A model generated the notes under the pieces. It ran no database searches. It was not told where the DNA came from and saw nothing but the letters and a program-made list of their open reading frames with translations. The position numbers and the translations under genes were made by a program. Positions 1 through 12,386 of a DNA stretch of 64,000 nucleotides are shown one piece after another. The first letter of the stretch is position 1. Each line of letters begins with the position of its first letter. The stretch comes from Octopus bimaculoides. Lineage: Eukaryota. The DNA lies in the NCBI RefSeq assembly GCF_001194135.2, contig NC_069003.1:8530240-8594239 (forward strand), given 5' to 3'.

Positions 1-15
1 ATGTATATATATATG

Positions 16-46
<31 letters not shown>

Positions 47-298
47 GTATATGTATATATATATATGTATATATATATGTATATATATGTATGTATATGT
101 ATGTATATATATGTATATATATGTATGTATATATATATATATATATATGTATGTATATATATATGTGTGTATATATATATGTGTATATATATATGTGTGT
201 GTATGTATATATGTGTATATATGTATATACAGTGAGAGAGAAAGATACGAATGTGTATATAAATGTTCGTGTGTGCACACTAGGAGTTGCATATTCAA

Positions 299-332
<34 letters not shown>

Positions 333-345
333 ACACACATATGTG
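1..345. repeat. Compound (AT)n/(GT)n/(AC)n microsatellite
   Basis: Directly visible dinucleotide runs; the YI/HT-rich ORFs here are artefacts. Confidence 0.97.
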
Positions 346-1973
346 TGTGCACGGCCAAACAAATTGTGTTTTCTATGTTGCCTGCCATGTTACTTTTAAT
401 TTATATATTTTTAATCTGGTAATTTTATTCAGCGGAAACCGTTCAGGTCAGCGCCTTCATCCGTCTTCCCGGGTCGACTTAATATAACAGCGGAGACAGC
501 AATAAATCATCTGTATTTATTTAAATTCGATCATCATAGAGATCATACTAGCCCTTGCATAATCTAGTTTATTACTATTATTATCATTAATATTATTACT
601 ATCTTTTTTTGTCTTGTCTGTGTGTTATAAGACGTACTACAAAATGGCCAACTTTTAAACTTTTCGTATTGATTCTTTTTTTTTATCATCGTCCTCCTGC
701 CCCGTAATTTGCGTTCTATGGGTTTCATGTAAAGATTCTTTATTTGTTTGTCATTCGTTGTCAACATATAAAGCATGTTATCAAGCATGACAGCTGAATC
801 ATACGATTAACTTCTCGTTGTATATTTCCAATTTAGCAAACCTTATCTAATGGAGATTATTGGAAATTTTCTCCAATTTCCGAACGATGTAACTATCTCT
901 AATTTCACCAAAAAAAAAAAAAAAAAAAAAAAATTGATCCGGCCACATAAACTTTATACATACGGACTTCATACGAATTGAAGAATATTAGAATAAAAAA
1001 TAAAAGACAAACAAATACAGAATGCTACGTTAAAGGCGAACGAATGGACGATTCGGATTAAATATAGATAGTCTGTGAAAGACATGATTGGAATAACCAA
1101 TATTAGATTTAATGCTTTGATAATTAAACGACTTCTCAGAAGTCGGATCGTGGATGTATTTATAATATCTTATCAAAGACCATACTTAATACAGATTTAC
1201 TTAAGACACATGTAGCTATAGACCACCGACTACCACATGTCTAATTTGACAGATATGTTTGCGAGTTTCTTCTCAGAGAAACTGCAAAGATTTAAGGATC
1301 ATCTTAGGATACACGGGTCTAGGATTATACTTCTGAATTTAATATTGATTTCAAACAGCCAAATTATACATGGAATAATTTATGTGCACAGTTTTGAAAT
1401 AGCAGATTATGTTTTTCAATATCCATCTTGGCACAGGAAGCAGTGGCTTTGCGTGTCTACAATATATTTGTTCGATCCTGCCATCGGCGCACGTCGAGAA
1501 GTATTTCCTACAGATTTTCTATAAAGGAGCTCTAACGATAGCTAAGCGATGCACTCTGGAATGGCTGTTCATGTTTTTAACCCCTGTTGCCTAAAACAAG
1601 TATTTTCTATAAGGAAGCTATGACTTTCAATATCATTTCAGGGCCCTCCTGCATAGTAACCGAGACTGACGATAGCTAAGTGATGTGCTCTGCAATGACT
1701 GTTCGGGTTTTTAACACCTGTTGCCTAAGGTGAGAATTTCGCCCACAGCAAACCCCTGTGAAAAAGGCTTTTCACAAGTCAAATATACCCCATGAATATT
1801 TGAACTGATCTCAGACCTTATTAACTCGTAACCAGTCATGAATCACGTTTAGTTACACCACAAGAATTATCGTATTTACTCATGTATTAATCGCACCACA
1901 TATTTTTTTCATTTACAATCAAGTGTAAAATCTTAAAGCAGCGAAACTTATATACGGGTAAATGCAGTACACG

Positions 1974-2016
<43 letters not shown>

Positions 2017-2214
2017 CCCTACTAGTAGTTTAGAACTCCCGACTTTATCGCTCTCAGAGTTATTGGTTCACGCAATCCCCGCTAGTACGACAAGGAAGGG
2101 GGGGGGGAGTTCCGCACAGGGACAACCGCAGAATCCCACACAACCTGGTTACCCTGACCGGCATTCACACGGGCCATTCTCGCTACAGACACCCAGCTTT
2201 CAACTAGTAGGACT

Positions 2215-2406
2215 GGAATTTGTAGGGAGATGATTGTCGATAACATCAACGCCAGTATCTGACCGCTGCTTAATTTATCGACCCCCGAAAGGATGAAAGG
2301 CAAAGTCGACGTCCGTGGTATTTGAACTCAGAACGAAAACACGGACGAAATGCCGCTAAGCATTTCGCCTGGTGTGCTAACGCTCGTACTTGCTCGTCGT
2401 GTTTCA

Positions 2407-2445
<39 letters not shown>

Positions 2446-2843
2446 TCTACTGGAAGTACAAGGCCTGAAATTTGGGGCAAGTGATTAAGTCGATTACAAA
2501 AACCCCAGCACGTAAATGGTACTTGTTTAATCGATCCCGAAAGGATAAAAGGCAAAGTCGACCCCGGCTGAATTTGAAGTCAGAACGTAGCGGGAAACGA
2601 AATACCAAACGAAAAGACAGACGAAATGCCGCTAAGCGTTTTAGCCGGCGTGCTAACGATTCCACCACCTCATCGCCTTTCAATAATAATAATAATAATA
2701 ATAATAATAATTCTTTCTACTATAGACACAATGCCTGAAATTTGGGGGTGGAGACAAGTCGATTACATCGACCCTGGTGCATCACTGGTACTTAATTTAT
2801 CGACCCCGAAAGGATGAAAGACGAAGTCGACCTCGGGGGTCGA
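2215..2843 (-). mobile_element. Three head-to-tail SINE-B copies separated by (AAT)n tails
   Basis: Repeated module 'atcgaccccgaaaggatgaaaggcaaagtcgac...tttgaactcagaac...gctaagcatttcgcc' near 2275, 2530 and 2798; (AAT)n at about 2408-2442 and 2681-2710 abuts '(c)tttctact'. Confidence 0.9.
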
Positions 2844-3465
2844 TACAAGGTCCCGAAATGATGAACTCGTCGCAAGTAATAATCAGAAGCACATTTGGAG
2901 ATCTATTTGAAAATTGGATGCGTNNNNNNNNNNNNNNNNNNNNNNNNNNNNNNNNNNNNNNNNNNNNNNNNNNNNNNNNNNNNNNNNNNNNNNNNNNNNN
3001 NNNNNNNNNNNNNNNNNNNNNNNNNNNNNNNNNNNNNNNNNNNNNNNNNNNNNNNNNNNNNNNNNNNNNNNNNNNNNNNNNNNNNNNNNNNNNNNNNNNN
3101 NNNNNNNNNNNNNNNNNNNNNNNNNNNNNNNNNNNNNNNNNNNNNNNNNNNNNNNNNNNNNNNNNNNNNNNNNNNNNNNNNNNNNNNNNNNNNNNNNNNN
3201 NNNNNNNNNNNNNNNNNNNNNNNNNGTTGGTTTCGCAGCAATGGTGTTCCGAGATCGATCTCACATTCCGTCGCTTTGAACAAATGTTTTTTTTATTAAA
3301 GTCACAGGCAGATGAGATGGAAACAATGCTCACGCGCATAGTGTATGTATGTATGTATGTATGTATATAGATATATATGCATGTATGTGTATATGTAATA
3401 CATATAATGTATATACGTATATGTCATGTATATATGTATGCATGTATCCCATATGATGTATGTAG

Positions 3466-3608
3466 GCGCATGCTTACTCTTTAACTACATGGGTCTGGGT
3501 TCAATTTTACTAGGTGACACCTTGGGAAAGTGTCTTCTACAATAGCTTCAGGCTGACCAAAGCCTTGTGAGTGGATTTAGTTGGGGAAACTGAAAGACCG
3601 TCGTATAT
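3466..3608 (+). mobile_element. SINE-A 5' half, degenerate
   Basis: 'caccttgggaaagtgtcttctac...gccttgtgagtggattt' followed by (AT)n. Confidence 0.85.
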
Positions 3609-3611
3609 ATA

Positions 3612-3693
<82 letters not shown>

Positions 3694-3794
3694 CAGTGGC
3701 GTATGGTAATTGTTGTACTGGGTATGCTGTCACATCCAGTATCACTAAATTTCTAGCAGTACCACTAAATTTCTAGTATAATAAAAGTTTTCCA

Positions 3795-4146
3795 AGCTTG
3801 CTTACGAACCACATGGTTCCGGGTTCAGTCCCACTGCGCGGCACCTTGGGCAAGTGTCTTCTACTATAGCCTCGAGCCGACCAAAGCCTTGTGAGTGGAT
3901 TTGGTAGACAGAAAATGAAAGAAGCCCGTCATATATATATGTGTGTGTCAGTATTTTCCCCCACCATCGCTTCACGACCGGTTTTGGAGTGATTACGTCG
4001 CCGTAACTTGGCCGTTCAGCTAAATAGACCGATAAAATAAGTACTAGACTTACAAGGAATCAGTCCTGGGGTTCAATTTGTTCGACTACAGGCGGTGCTG
4101 TAGCATTGCCGCAGTCAAATGACTGGTAAATGAATAAAAGAATAAA
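3795..4146 (+). mobile_element. SINE-A (tRNA-derived, CORE-like), near full length
   Basis: B-box-like 'ggttcagtccc', CORE-like 'gcaccttgggcaagtgtcttc', internal AT/GT tract, 3' module ending 'gcagtcaaatgactg'. Confidence 0.9.
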
Positions 4147-4654
4147 TACTTAATATCTTAAATGTATTTTTTCAAAATTCTTACTATTCTAAGAATAAGG
4201 AAACCATATAATAATTAAAATCAGCGCGTAGATCACCCACCAAAGTAAATTTGCTTACGTAAACTACACGAAAAGTCGCACTAACATAAAGTAAACTAAA
4301 AAGTAAGCTAAAGTTATCTCCCTTTGACTTGTAGATCACACACCAAAGAGGAACCTTTCTTTTTCTTAAGAAATGACGTGAATTTAGCGCTGGTTTTTTG
4401 TAAAAATGCAACTGCCTTTTTCTCATCGCTGATCTCATTGAAAAATCTTTAGTCAACATCTTACGGGCTTTTAGAAATTGAAAAGTAAACCTAAAAAGTG
4501 ACCTAAAGTTATCTCCCCTGTAGATCACACGCCAAAGCAGCACCGTTTTTCTGTTGTATTTGTAATCTTTCGAATAATGCCACCTCACTGGTTAAGCGAG
4601 TAGACCACCATTCCCCACTGATCGGAAGATTAATCCGTCACGGGGGTTGTCCAT

Positions 4655-4805
4655 TCATTGTTGAGTGTACTGGAACAAAGTGAAACGAAGTGTTCCGTTT
4701 TGGTCAAGAACACAATGTACCACTCGGTTCAGACCAGGGGAATCGAACCCACGATCTTTCGATCTTGCTTACAACGCCCTAAACACTACGTCACGCGCCT
4801 TCACA
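4655..4805 (-). mobile_element. SINE-D head fragment
   Basis: Reverse complement gives a tRNA-like head with 'gggttcgattccc' followed by 'ttcttgaccaaaac...tttcactttgttccagt'. Confidence 0.65.
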
Positions 4806-5240
4806 AACAAAGAAATAAATGCAATGAAATAAACCAACGATTACGAGATAAACAGACCGGATATTAATTAGGTTTGTAGTCAGAAATCAGAAGGAGCCGT
4901 CTGGTGTAGTATAACAAGCAAATACGATAAATAGCGATGTAGTGTTGTTTATTTACAGATTTCAATGTTGCATAATAACGTTGGTCAATCGAAGTCATAT
5001 ACTGCAAAAATGTCTGATAGTTTAGCGCACAATACAGTATAAAAAAAAACAAAACACAAGCACAGGATATGTTTTTACTATTTCAATTAAGAACCAGTTA
5101 ATCAATGGACAAAATAAAGTGGAATGATTAAAACATATTGATTAGGTTCTAAATCGATAGTTTGTTGGGATGGGTTGTAGCCAAAATGGATCGTTCCGCA
5201 GTGTATTCTGTTATTGTTTTGTTTGTTTTGTTGTTTTGTT

Positions 5241-5661
5241 CTTTTACTTGTTTCAGTCATTTGACTGCGGCCATGCTGGAGCACCGCCTTTTAATCGAAC
5301 AAATCGAGCCCCCCCCCCCTCGCGCCAGGACGTATTCGTTCTAAGCCTGGCATTTATTCTATCAGTCTCTTTTGCCAAATCGCTTATGTTACGGGAAGGT
5401 AAACATACCAACATCGGTTGTCAAGTGATGGGTTGGGTGGGTTGGTGGGGGGACAAACCCAAACACAAAGGCACACACATAAATACACCCCCCATACATA
5501 TACACGACGGGCTTCTTTTCAGTTTCTGTCGACCAAACACTCACAAGACTTTGGTCGGCCCGAAGCTATAGTAGAAAACACTTGCCCAAAGTGCACCGCA
5601 GTGGGACTGAACCCGGAACTATGTAGCTAGGTAGCAAGCTTCTTACCACACAGCCACACCT
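5241..5661 (-). mobile_element. SINE-A, full length
   Basis: Reverse complement matches the 49326 copy from 'ggctgtgtggtaag' to 'gactgaaacaagtaaaag'. Confidence 0.93.
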
Positions 5662-6464
5662 AAGCCTATATATTAATCATATTAGATACATTATTTGAAA
5701 ATCTGAGTTACACATTTATTTATCGACGGTATTTAGTCTAGTCTAGGAAGGATTCTTTGTGAATAAGCGTGTCTCAGAAATAACCGTAATTTCAACTGAG
5801 AAATAACCATTGTTTAACCATTTCGGCAGCTTGCATTTGCGATCGCTCTCTTTCTGTCATAACCCGACATACGTGACTATGGATGAGGATAGGCACGAAA
5901 GTCGAAATGAAGATAGTAAGTTTGGATCAATTCTAAATAAAGTTAATTCTGTTGTGTAAATATTAGTGCATATTTTTATTTATTGAAATTCGATTTCTGT
6001 TGAAGCTCAGTCATTCGTTTCCTTACCAGTAATAATGTATTGTCTTTCTAAACGCCTCAGTCTCTTTGTCTTTATTAATGTCCGGCCATCGGTTTTAAGA
6101 GAGCGAGAGACAGACGGACAGAGACAGACAGAGAGAGAACAATAATTTATTCCAATGGTTGCTTCTTTGTTTACGTACATCAATCAGTTCCGACTTTATT
6201 TGCATTCAGAAGCAAACTTGATTTTATATCCAATACATTCACTCTTTCTGAACTTTGGCAAAAAGATCATCGGTTGCTTCTGTCTGCAAATGTCGCCTGT
6301 ACATATGTATGTATGTATGTATGTACGTAGCTTTATGAAGTCTGTCCGCGTTTACGTCGCCGTCGACAACGCAGAGGAAATTAGCGATCCTTTCCGTGGA
6401 GCGAAAGAAAAATACACGAATGCGCTTGCAGCTTTTGTTTCGTTGCTAATAAAATGTGCTAGTG

Positions 6465-6890
6465 ATAATAATAATAATAATAATAATGATAATAATAATA
6501 ACAATAATAATATTAAGAATAATCACGATGATGATGTTAATAATGATGGTGATGATGAAGATGATGATGTTAATAATAACGATGATACTAATAGTAATGA
6601 TAATTATGATGATGATAATGGTAATAATAATAATGATGATGATGATGATGATAATAATAATGATGATAATAATAATAATATCTGACAAAACAACAATGGT
6701 GACGATGATAGCAACTACGACAACAACAACAGTAATAACAAACACAAGAATATCAATAGTACCAATAAAAGTAGTAATAGTGGTGATGATGATGTTGCTG
6801 CTGATGATTATGATCATGACAGTGATGCTGATGGTAATGATGATGATGATGTCGATGATGATGATGGTGTCGGTAGTGATGATGATGATT
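6465..6890. repeat. Compound trinucleotide tract (AAT/GAT/AAC)n
   Basis: Visible; it produces the poly-N/D and poly-I/M ORFs. Confidence 0.95.
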
Positions 6891-7307
6891 TACAGAGATA
6901 GACTTTTTTTCTTTTTTTCTTTTTGTCTTTCTTCCCCTGATCATTATTATTTATTATCATCAGAATCACTTTTCGCTGTTTAAGCAACGACGGTAACACG
7001 AGCAGGAAATCAAACAAAATATGAAATAATTAAATACAGCAAAAATATCTTAAAAAAAAAAAATAATAATTTCTTTTTATTATTCCCCCTTTCTGTACAA
7101 CTGTTGATGTTGAGGCTAATACTACTGCTGCTACTGCTACTACTACTGCTGATAATGGTGTTTGTACAACAGCTATTTCAACTATTTCTGTTGTTGCTAC
7201 TAATGCCGACAATATGGCTGCTACTGCAAGAGTTTTCGCCATGTTTTCTTTTTTTTAAAATTTTTGTCCTGTACTACTAAAAACGTTTGTCTTCCACGAT
7301 ACACTGC

Positions 7308-7352
<45 letters not shown>

Positions 7353-7739
7353 AATAGTTATGTCTTGGTTACGACGTTTTGAACATGTTTTGATGTGCCG
7401 ATCAAATAATGGTGGAAGAACATTATTAATTAAGGATGTTGTAGTTTGCTTTTGAAGGTAATAACTCTGATTCCATTGCTCGGTTTTCATTATATTTTCT
7501 GATGATTGCTGTTGATATATACATCTAGTCTCTTGTCAATTGTCGTTGCTTTAATCAAATAACAGCAAGTAATTCGGCTTTGATTGTTTTCCACACAATC
7601 GTCTGTCCTTAATTGGTGTTAGATAATAAAAAAGAACCGTGCTGGAATGTTCTTGCGTGTAAATTACAGGAATGGCAGTGAAGAGGAAGATATGTTTTTT
7701 TTAATATCATTCCTGCCTGTAACTAGTGTGGTTGATTTT

Positions 7740-8405
7740 TCTGTTGAAGGGATGTGAGCTCACGATTGCAGACATGAAATATTTGCTAAAGATACACAAG
7801 CTCTTCAGGGCGAAACGAAAGCAAAGACATCACTGCATGTCTAAGGGTTTTTGTTAGAATCAATTTATCTAGCTAATTAAGACTATTTCCTCTAACAGAT
7901 TCTGCTTTTCAGTTGTTCTTATCAGATATGTACCGAGGTCGAATCCGTGTGTCGCAAAGAGAAAAAAGTTTAATTGTTCCACTGAAAATATGCTTGTTAG
8001 GTTACATGGCCAACTACACTGACCAGATCACAGAAGCTGTCCAGTTTATTCTAAGATATTATCACTTTTCATTTCTTGACAAAACCAGACCAAAGGTATA
8101 TAAATGTAAATAGCGTATAATATCGTTGGCCAGATACACGAAACTTGTTCTGCGTTAAAAAGTTTCTAAAACAAATTTCGAGAGTCTATAAATATCAGAG
8201 ACATGACAAGGTTGCTACAATCATATATTGGCAAATCGATAAAAAAATTTGAATATAGTGAAAATGGTTTGAGTATTAAACACAGCGCATCTTTGAAGAT
8301 GACGATGTAAATTTAATATGGGATGTGAAGATTCAGATATAGAGGCAAATAAAATATATAGGTTCATATATTGTCATGCTCAATAAAAAGGAAAGAAAGT
8401 GTCCC
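7740..8405 (+). mobile_element. Highly decayed RLE-type (R4/Dong-like) non-LTR retrotransposon C-terminal relic
   Basis: Interrupted frames give RLHGQ, SLFIS*QNQ, YQRHDKVATIIYWQI and NLIWDVKIQ, in the same order as KPLHG / AAQDQ / RxD..IHW / ILWD in the 18.0-19.0 kb copy. Confidence 0.7.
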
Positions 8406-8439
8406 TTATTCGTTAACCAAAATATTTTTTTAAAGGCTT

Positions 8440-8560
8440 CTACACCCCCATATCTCATCCAATATAGGAACATAATCTATCCATGTGTCTAAGGGCCATA
8501 CCTGTTGACCACTTGAATTATGAGTAGGGTGTCTCCAGGTACGTTTTCAGACACCTGTAA
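8440..8560 (-). mobile_element. Possible LINE AP-endonuclease relic
   Basis: Minus frame TWRHPTHNSSGQQVWPLDTWIDYV resembles the APE 'TW..P...IDY' motif; short, so weak support. Confidence 0.3.
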
Positions 8561-8919
8561 GCCTTTGGTATTCTTCCTTCTCCTTTAGACAACAACGCAA
8601 TCCACTCATGCGTTTAAGGGTCATTTTAATTGGCCACTAAAATCTATGAATTGGGTGTCGATAGAGATACACCCTAACAACCACCAACCCTAGCGCAACA
8701 TTATCATTGCTTTAGTCTGCAATCTGGGCCCCAAATTTCCGTCCATTGGCAGTTTAAGATTTAGGTCGTAGACGGGCAAAATGACCGCTTGCCATATTCT
8801 GTGAACCTATGACCACTTAATATTTAAAGTCATGAAGAGATTGGTATATAAATAGTGTATTTGACCGAGCACCATACTCTATGCATTAAAGCATAAGTAT
8901 ATTTTTTTATTATTATTTT

Positions 8920-9285
8920 AGCCATTTGAGTGTGGCCATACTTTGGTACTACTACGGAGGGTTTTGCTGGACAAATTGACCCAATACTTATTTTTAAGTC
9001 TGGCATTAATTCGACCGGTCTCTTTTGCCGAAACACTAAGTTATATGGCTATAAGTAAACCTACACCGGTTGTGAAGCAGTGGTAGAAGACAAAAAACGA
9101 ATACACAAAGATATGAATACAGGCTTCTATACAGTTTCCGGCAATCAAATACACTCATAAAGCGTTGGTCGGAAGTTAAGATACAAGAAGACACTTGCCT
9201 AGTTCAACGGTTCGTGCTGCAGAACTGAACCCGACAGCACGCGGTTGCGAAGTGAGCTTGTTAACCACTCAGCTAACCATGTTTG
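8920..9285 (-). mobile_element. SINE-A, old degenerate copy
   Basis: Recognisable modules 'tcgaccggtctcttttgccgaaacactaag' and 'gaagacacttgcctag...actgaaccc'. Confidence 0.75.
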
Positions 9286-9699
9286 TAATGTGAAATACGA
9301 GCTCTTACATAAATAAATTCGCGACAAAATTTGGAGGAAACTGTCGCAAAGAACGATTGAAACAGATAACCAAGATATTACTCTCGTACTCAACATATTT
9401 CTATATTGCTTACTCCCGTCAATTCAAATGTTAAATCTACGAGAATATTCTCATACGATACCCGGTGTATGTGACAAGCTGGTTAAAAACACAACTTTTA
9501 CACATAAAATGATACAGAAACATTTTTTTCTGCCACATTAAACACAATATGATTGATGTTTAATAACGTAACTTTATCATGTATCTAGAGGTTGCCGTTT
9601 ATCACGCAATTGATCATTTTAATACGATCTCATTCTCTTTCCTCCTCCAACTTCCTCTCTCTTTCCCATCCACAACATATCTCTTTCTCTCTCTCCCTT

Positions 9700-9743
<44 letters not shown>

Positions 9744-9957
9744 CATATCCATCTACACGCACACATATATAAGTATATGAATATATATATGTATATATAA
9801 ATATTTATATATATATATATATATATATAGATATATATACACATATATATATTTATATACATATGAATATACAGATATATATATACATACGTATATATAT
9901 ATCTGTATATATAAATGCATATCAATATATACCTGCATATATACATACATATATATT

Positions 9958-10015
<58 letters not shown>

Positions 10016-10166
10016 CGTGTTCCTGTAGACGCACTCAGCGCAAACAATCGTTCGGCTACACGTACACATATATTCATATGCATTTCGAGTGTCTAACCAG
10101 TATTATTTTATTTTATTTTATTTTATTTTATTTTTTTTTGGTTAGTGAATTATTATAAATACTATA

Positions 10167-10207
<41 letters not shown>

Positions 10208-11144
10208 GTAAAAATAAGTATGTTTTTCATAGTCATTGAGTTCTCGGCTGAAAATTGTTTGCGCAAGAAATATTTTCGTATTGTAGCTTAAAGAGATTTT
10301 ACTCCTGTTTATTTTTCATATCATTATGCTCAATTTATTATTATGGCCAAATTATTTTAACCAGAGAATGCTGCAGTGTTAGAATTTTACGAGCTTTTTG
10401 CTGCTATCTATATTCCGTGTATCACAGATCTTTCGATGGCTTACTCGGGAGAACGTCTGCTTCTTCACAATTCATCTACTGATCTAGCCCTCCGATGACT
10501 GCTGCTCTCTGCTTTCTCCAAAAACTGGTGTTAATATTACTAGCTGACAGCTTCAATCAACAGCTCCTCTCATCGGGATAATAATGATAATATTTATATA
10601 ATTTTAAATATATATAGTTGAATAAAATTTAAGTAAAAACTACTACTGTTACTATTAATAGTTGTCGGCTTAAAAAAAAACAAAAAAAACCCAGCTATTC
10701 TCATCGGGATAATAATAATGATATTTATATAATTTTAAATATATATACATAGTTGACTAAAATTTCAGTAAAAAAGCTTACAATATGCCATACAAAGCCT
10801 GTCCACTGATTTTGGTATTCGTTCTTGTAGTATAAAATGAAATGAGAGCCTGATCTTGCGAAGGATTTATTCAAATTACTCAGCTGAAGAGACCCACTGT
10901 TTACACATATGATAGACACCTTTGATGGTAGTGATTACGTAATATGGGGATTAAATCATCTCACCGACGTACTACTGCTGTGACGACGTATGATAGGGGA
11001 TTATAGTGACTGGTGAGAAAGGCAGAATGGTATACATATAAGATTCCAATACCTGCATATTTCACATCTATTTTCATTCTTCCACTTCACTCTCTATTTC
11101 ATATCTTTTCGAAATTAACTATTGCTTAACCATTTTCTCACACC

Positions 11145-11192
11145 GTCTCCGATGAAGGGATATATAAAATATCCCGGAAACAGCTGTAAGAC
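11145..11192 (+). ncRNA. Minimal type-I hammerhead-ribozyme-like motif (U4C core), Penelope-type 3' end
   Basis: Stem I gtct/agac; core CCGAUGA-A; stem II gggatat/atatccc; GGAAA; palindromic stem III ACAGCUGU; GUA triplet. Confidence 0.7.
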
Positions 11193-12065
11193 CTTCTATT
11201 TATAAATGTTCTAAAATCTTTCATAGCCTTGGATTTTTATGTCGTTCTGAAAAAAAAAAAATTATATATATGTTTTCGGTGCGAATGGTTTTTTTATACA
11301 TTGTCGTGTTTTACAATCCTGTAAATAATAATTATATAAACTTAAAGCATATGGCGATCAGCGTGCAATGACTAATGAAAATAATCTAATGAAGGGGCAT
11401 TTAATCCCTCGACGTTNNNNNNNNNNNNNNNNNNNNNNNNNNNNNNNNNNNNNNNNNNNNNNNNNNNNNNNNNNNNNNNNNNNNNNNNNNNNNNNNNNNN
11501 NNNNNNNNNNNNNNNNNNNNNNNNNNNNNNNNNNNNNNNNNNNNNNNNNNNNNNNNNNNNNNNNNNNNNNNNNNNNNNNNNNNNNNNNNNNNNNNNNNNN
11601 NNNNNNNNNNNNNNNNNNNNNNNNNNNNNNNNNNNNNNNNNNNNNNNNNNNNNNNNNNNNNNNNNNNNNNNNNNNNNNNNNNNNNNNNNNNNNNNNNNNN
11701 NNNNNNNNNNNNNNNNNNNNNNNNNNNNNNNNNNNNNNNNNNNNNNNNNNNNNNNNNNNNNNNNNNNNNNNNNNNNNNNNNNNNNNNNNNNNNNNNNNNN
11801 NNNNNNNNNNNNNNNNNNNNNNNNNNNNNNNNNNNNNNNNNNNNNNNNNNNNNNNNNNNNNNNNNNNNNNNNNNNNNNNNNNNNNNNNNNNNNNNNNNNN
11901 NNNNNNNNNNNNNNNNNNNNNNNNNNNNNNNNNNNNNNNNNNNNNNNNNNNNNNNNNNNNNNNNNNNNNNNNNNNNNNNNNNNNNNNNNNNNNNNNNNNN
12001 NNNNNNNNNNNNNNNNNNNNNNNNNNNNNNNNNNNNNNNNNNNNNNNNNNNNNNNNNNNNNNNNN

Positions 12066-12386
12066 AGGACTTATTCTTTGGAAGCCTAGTACTTATTCTA
12101 TCGGTCTCTTTTGCCGAACCACTAAGTTACGGGGACATAAACACACCAGCATCGGTTGTCAAGCGATGTTGGGGGGACAAACACAGACATACAAACACAC
12201 ACACACACATACACATATATATACACATATACGACGGGCTTCTTTCAGTTTCCGTCTACCAAATCCACTCACAAGGCATTGGTCGGCCCGAGGCTATAGT
12301 AGAAGGCACTTGCCCAAGATGCCACGCAGTGGGACTGAACCCGGGACCATGTGGTTGGTAAGCAAGCTACTTACCACACAGCCACT
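12066..12386 (-). mobile_element. SINE-A, 3' end lost in gap
   Basis: High similarity to the 5241 and 49326 copies. Confidence 0.93.

Noticed and set aside
1-422. YI/HT/CV-rich ORFs here and throughout the track
   Set aside because: They are translations of dinucleotide microsatellites.
2017-2212. Possible MITE bounded by cctactagt / actagtagg
   Set aside because: The inverted match is only 9 bp, largely self-palindromic, with no TSD.
2797-3370. Long ORFs containing X runs (also at 11.4, 12.9, 16.0, 22.7, 33.9, 39.3, 42.5, 46.0 and 57.9 kb)
   Set aside because: They are open only because N-gaps contain no stops.
6155-6983. Poly-N/D and poly-I/M ORFs, and a 63-nt minus-strand exon-like piece near 6327-6389
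   Set aside because: The ORFs derive from trinucleotide repeats; the splice signals of the small piece are weak.
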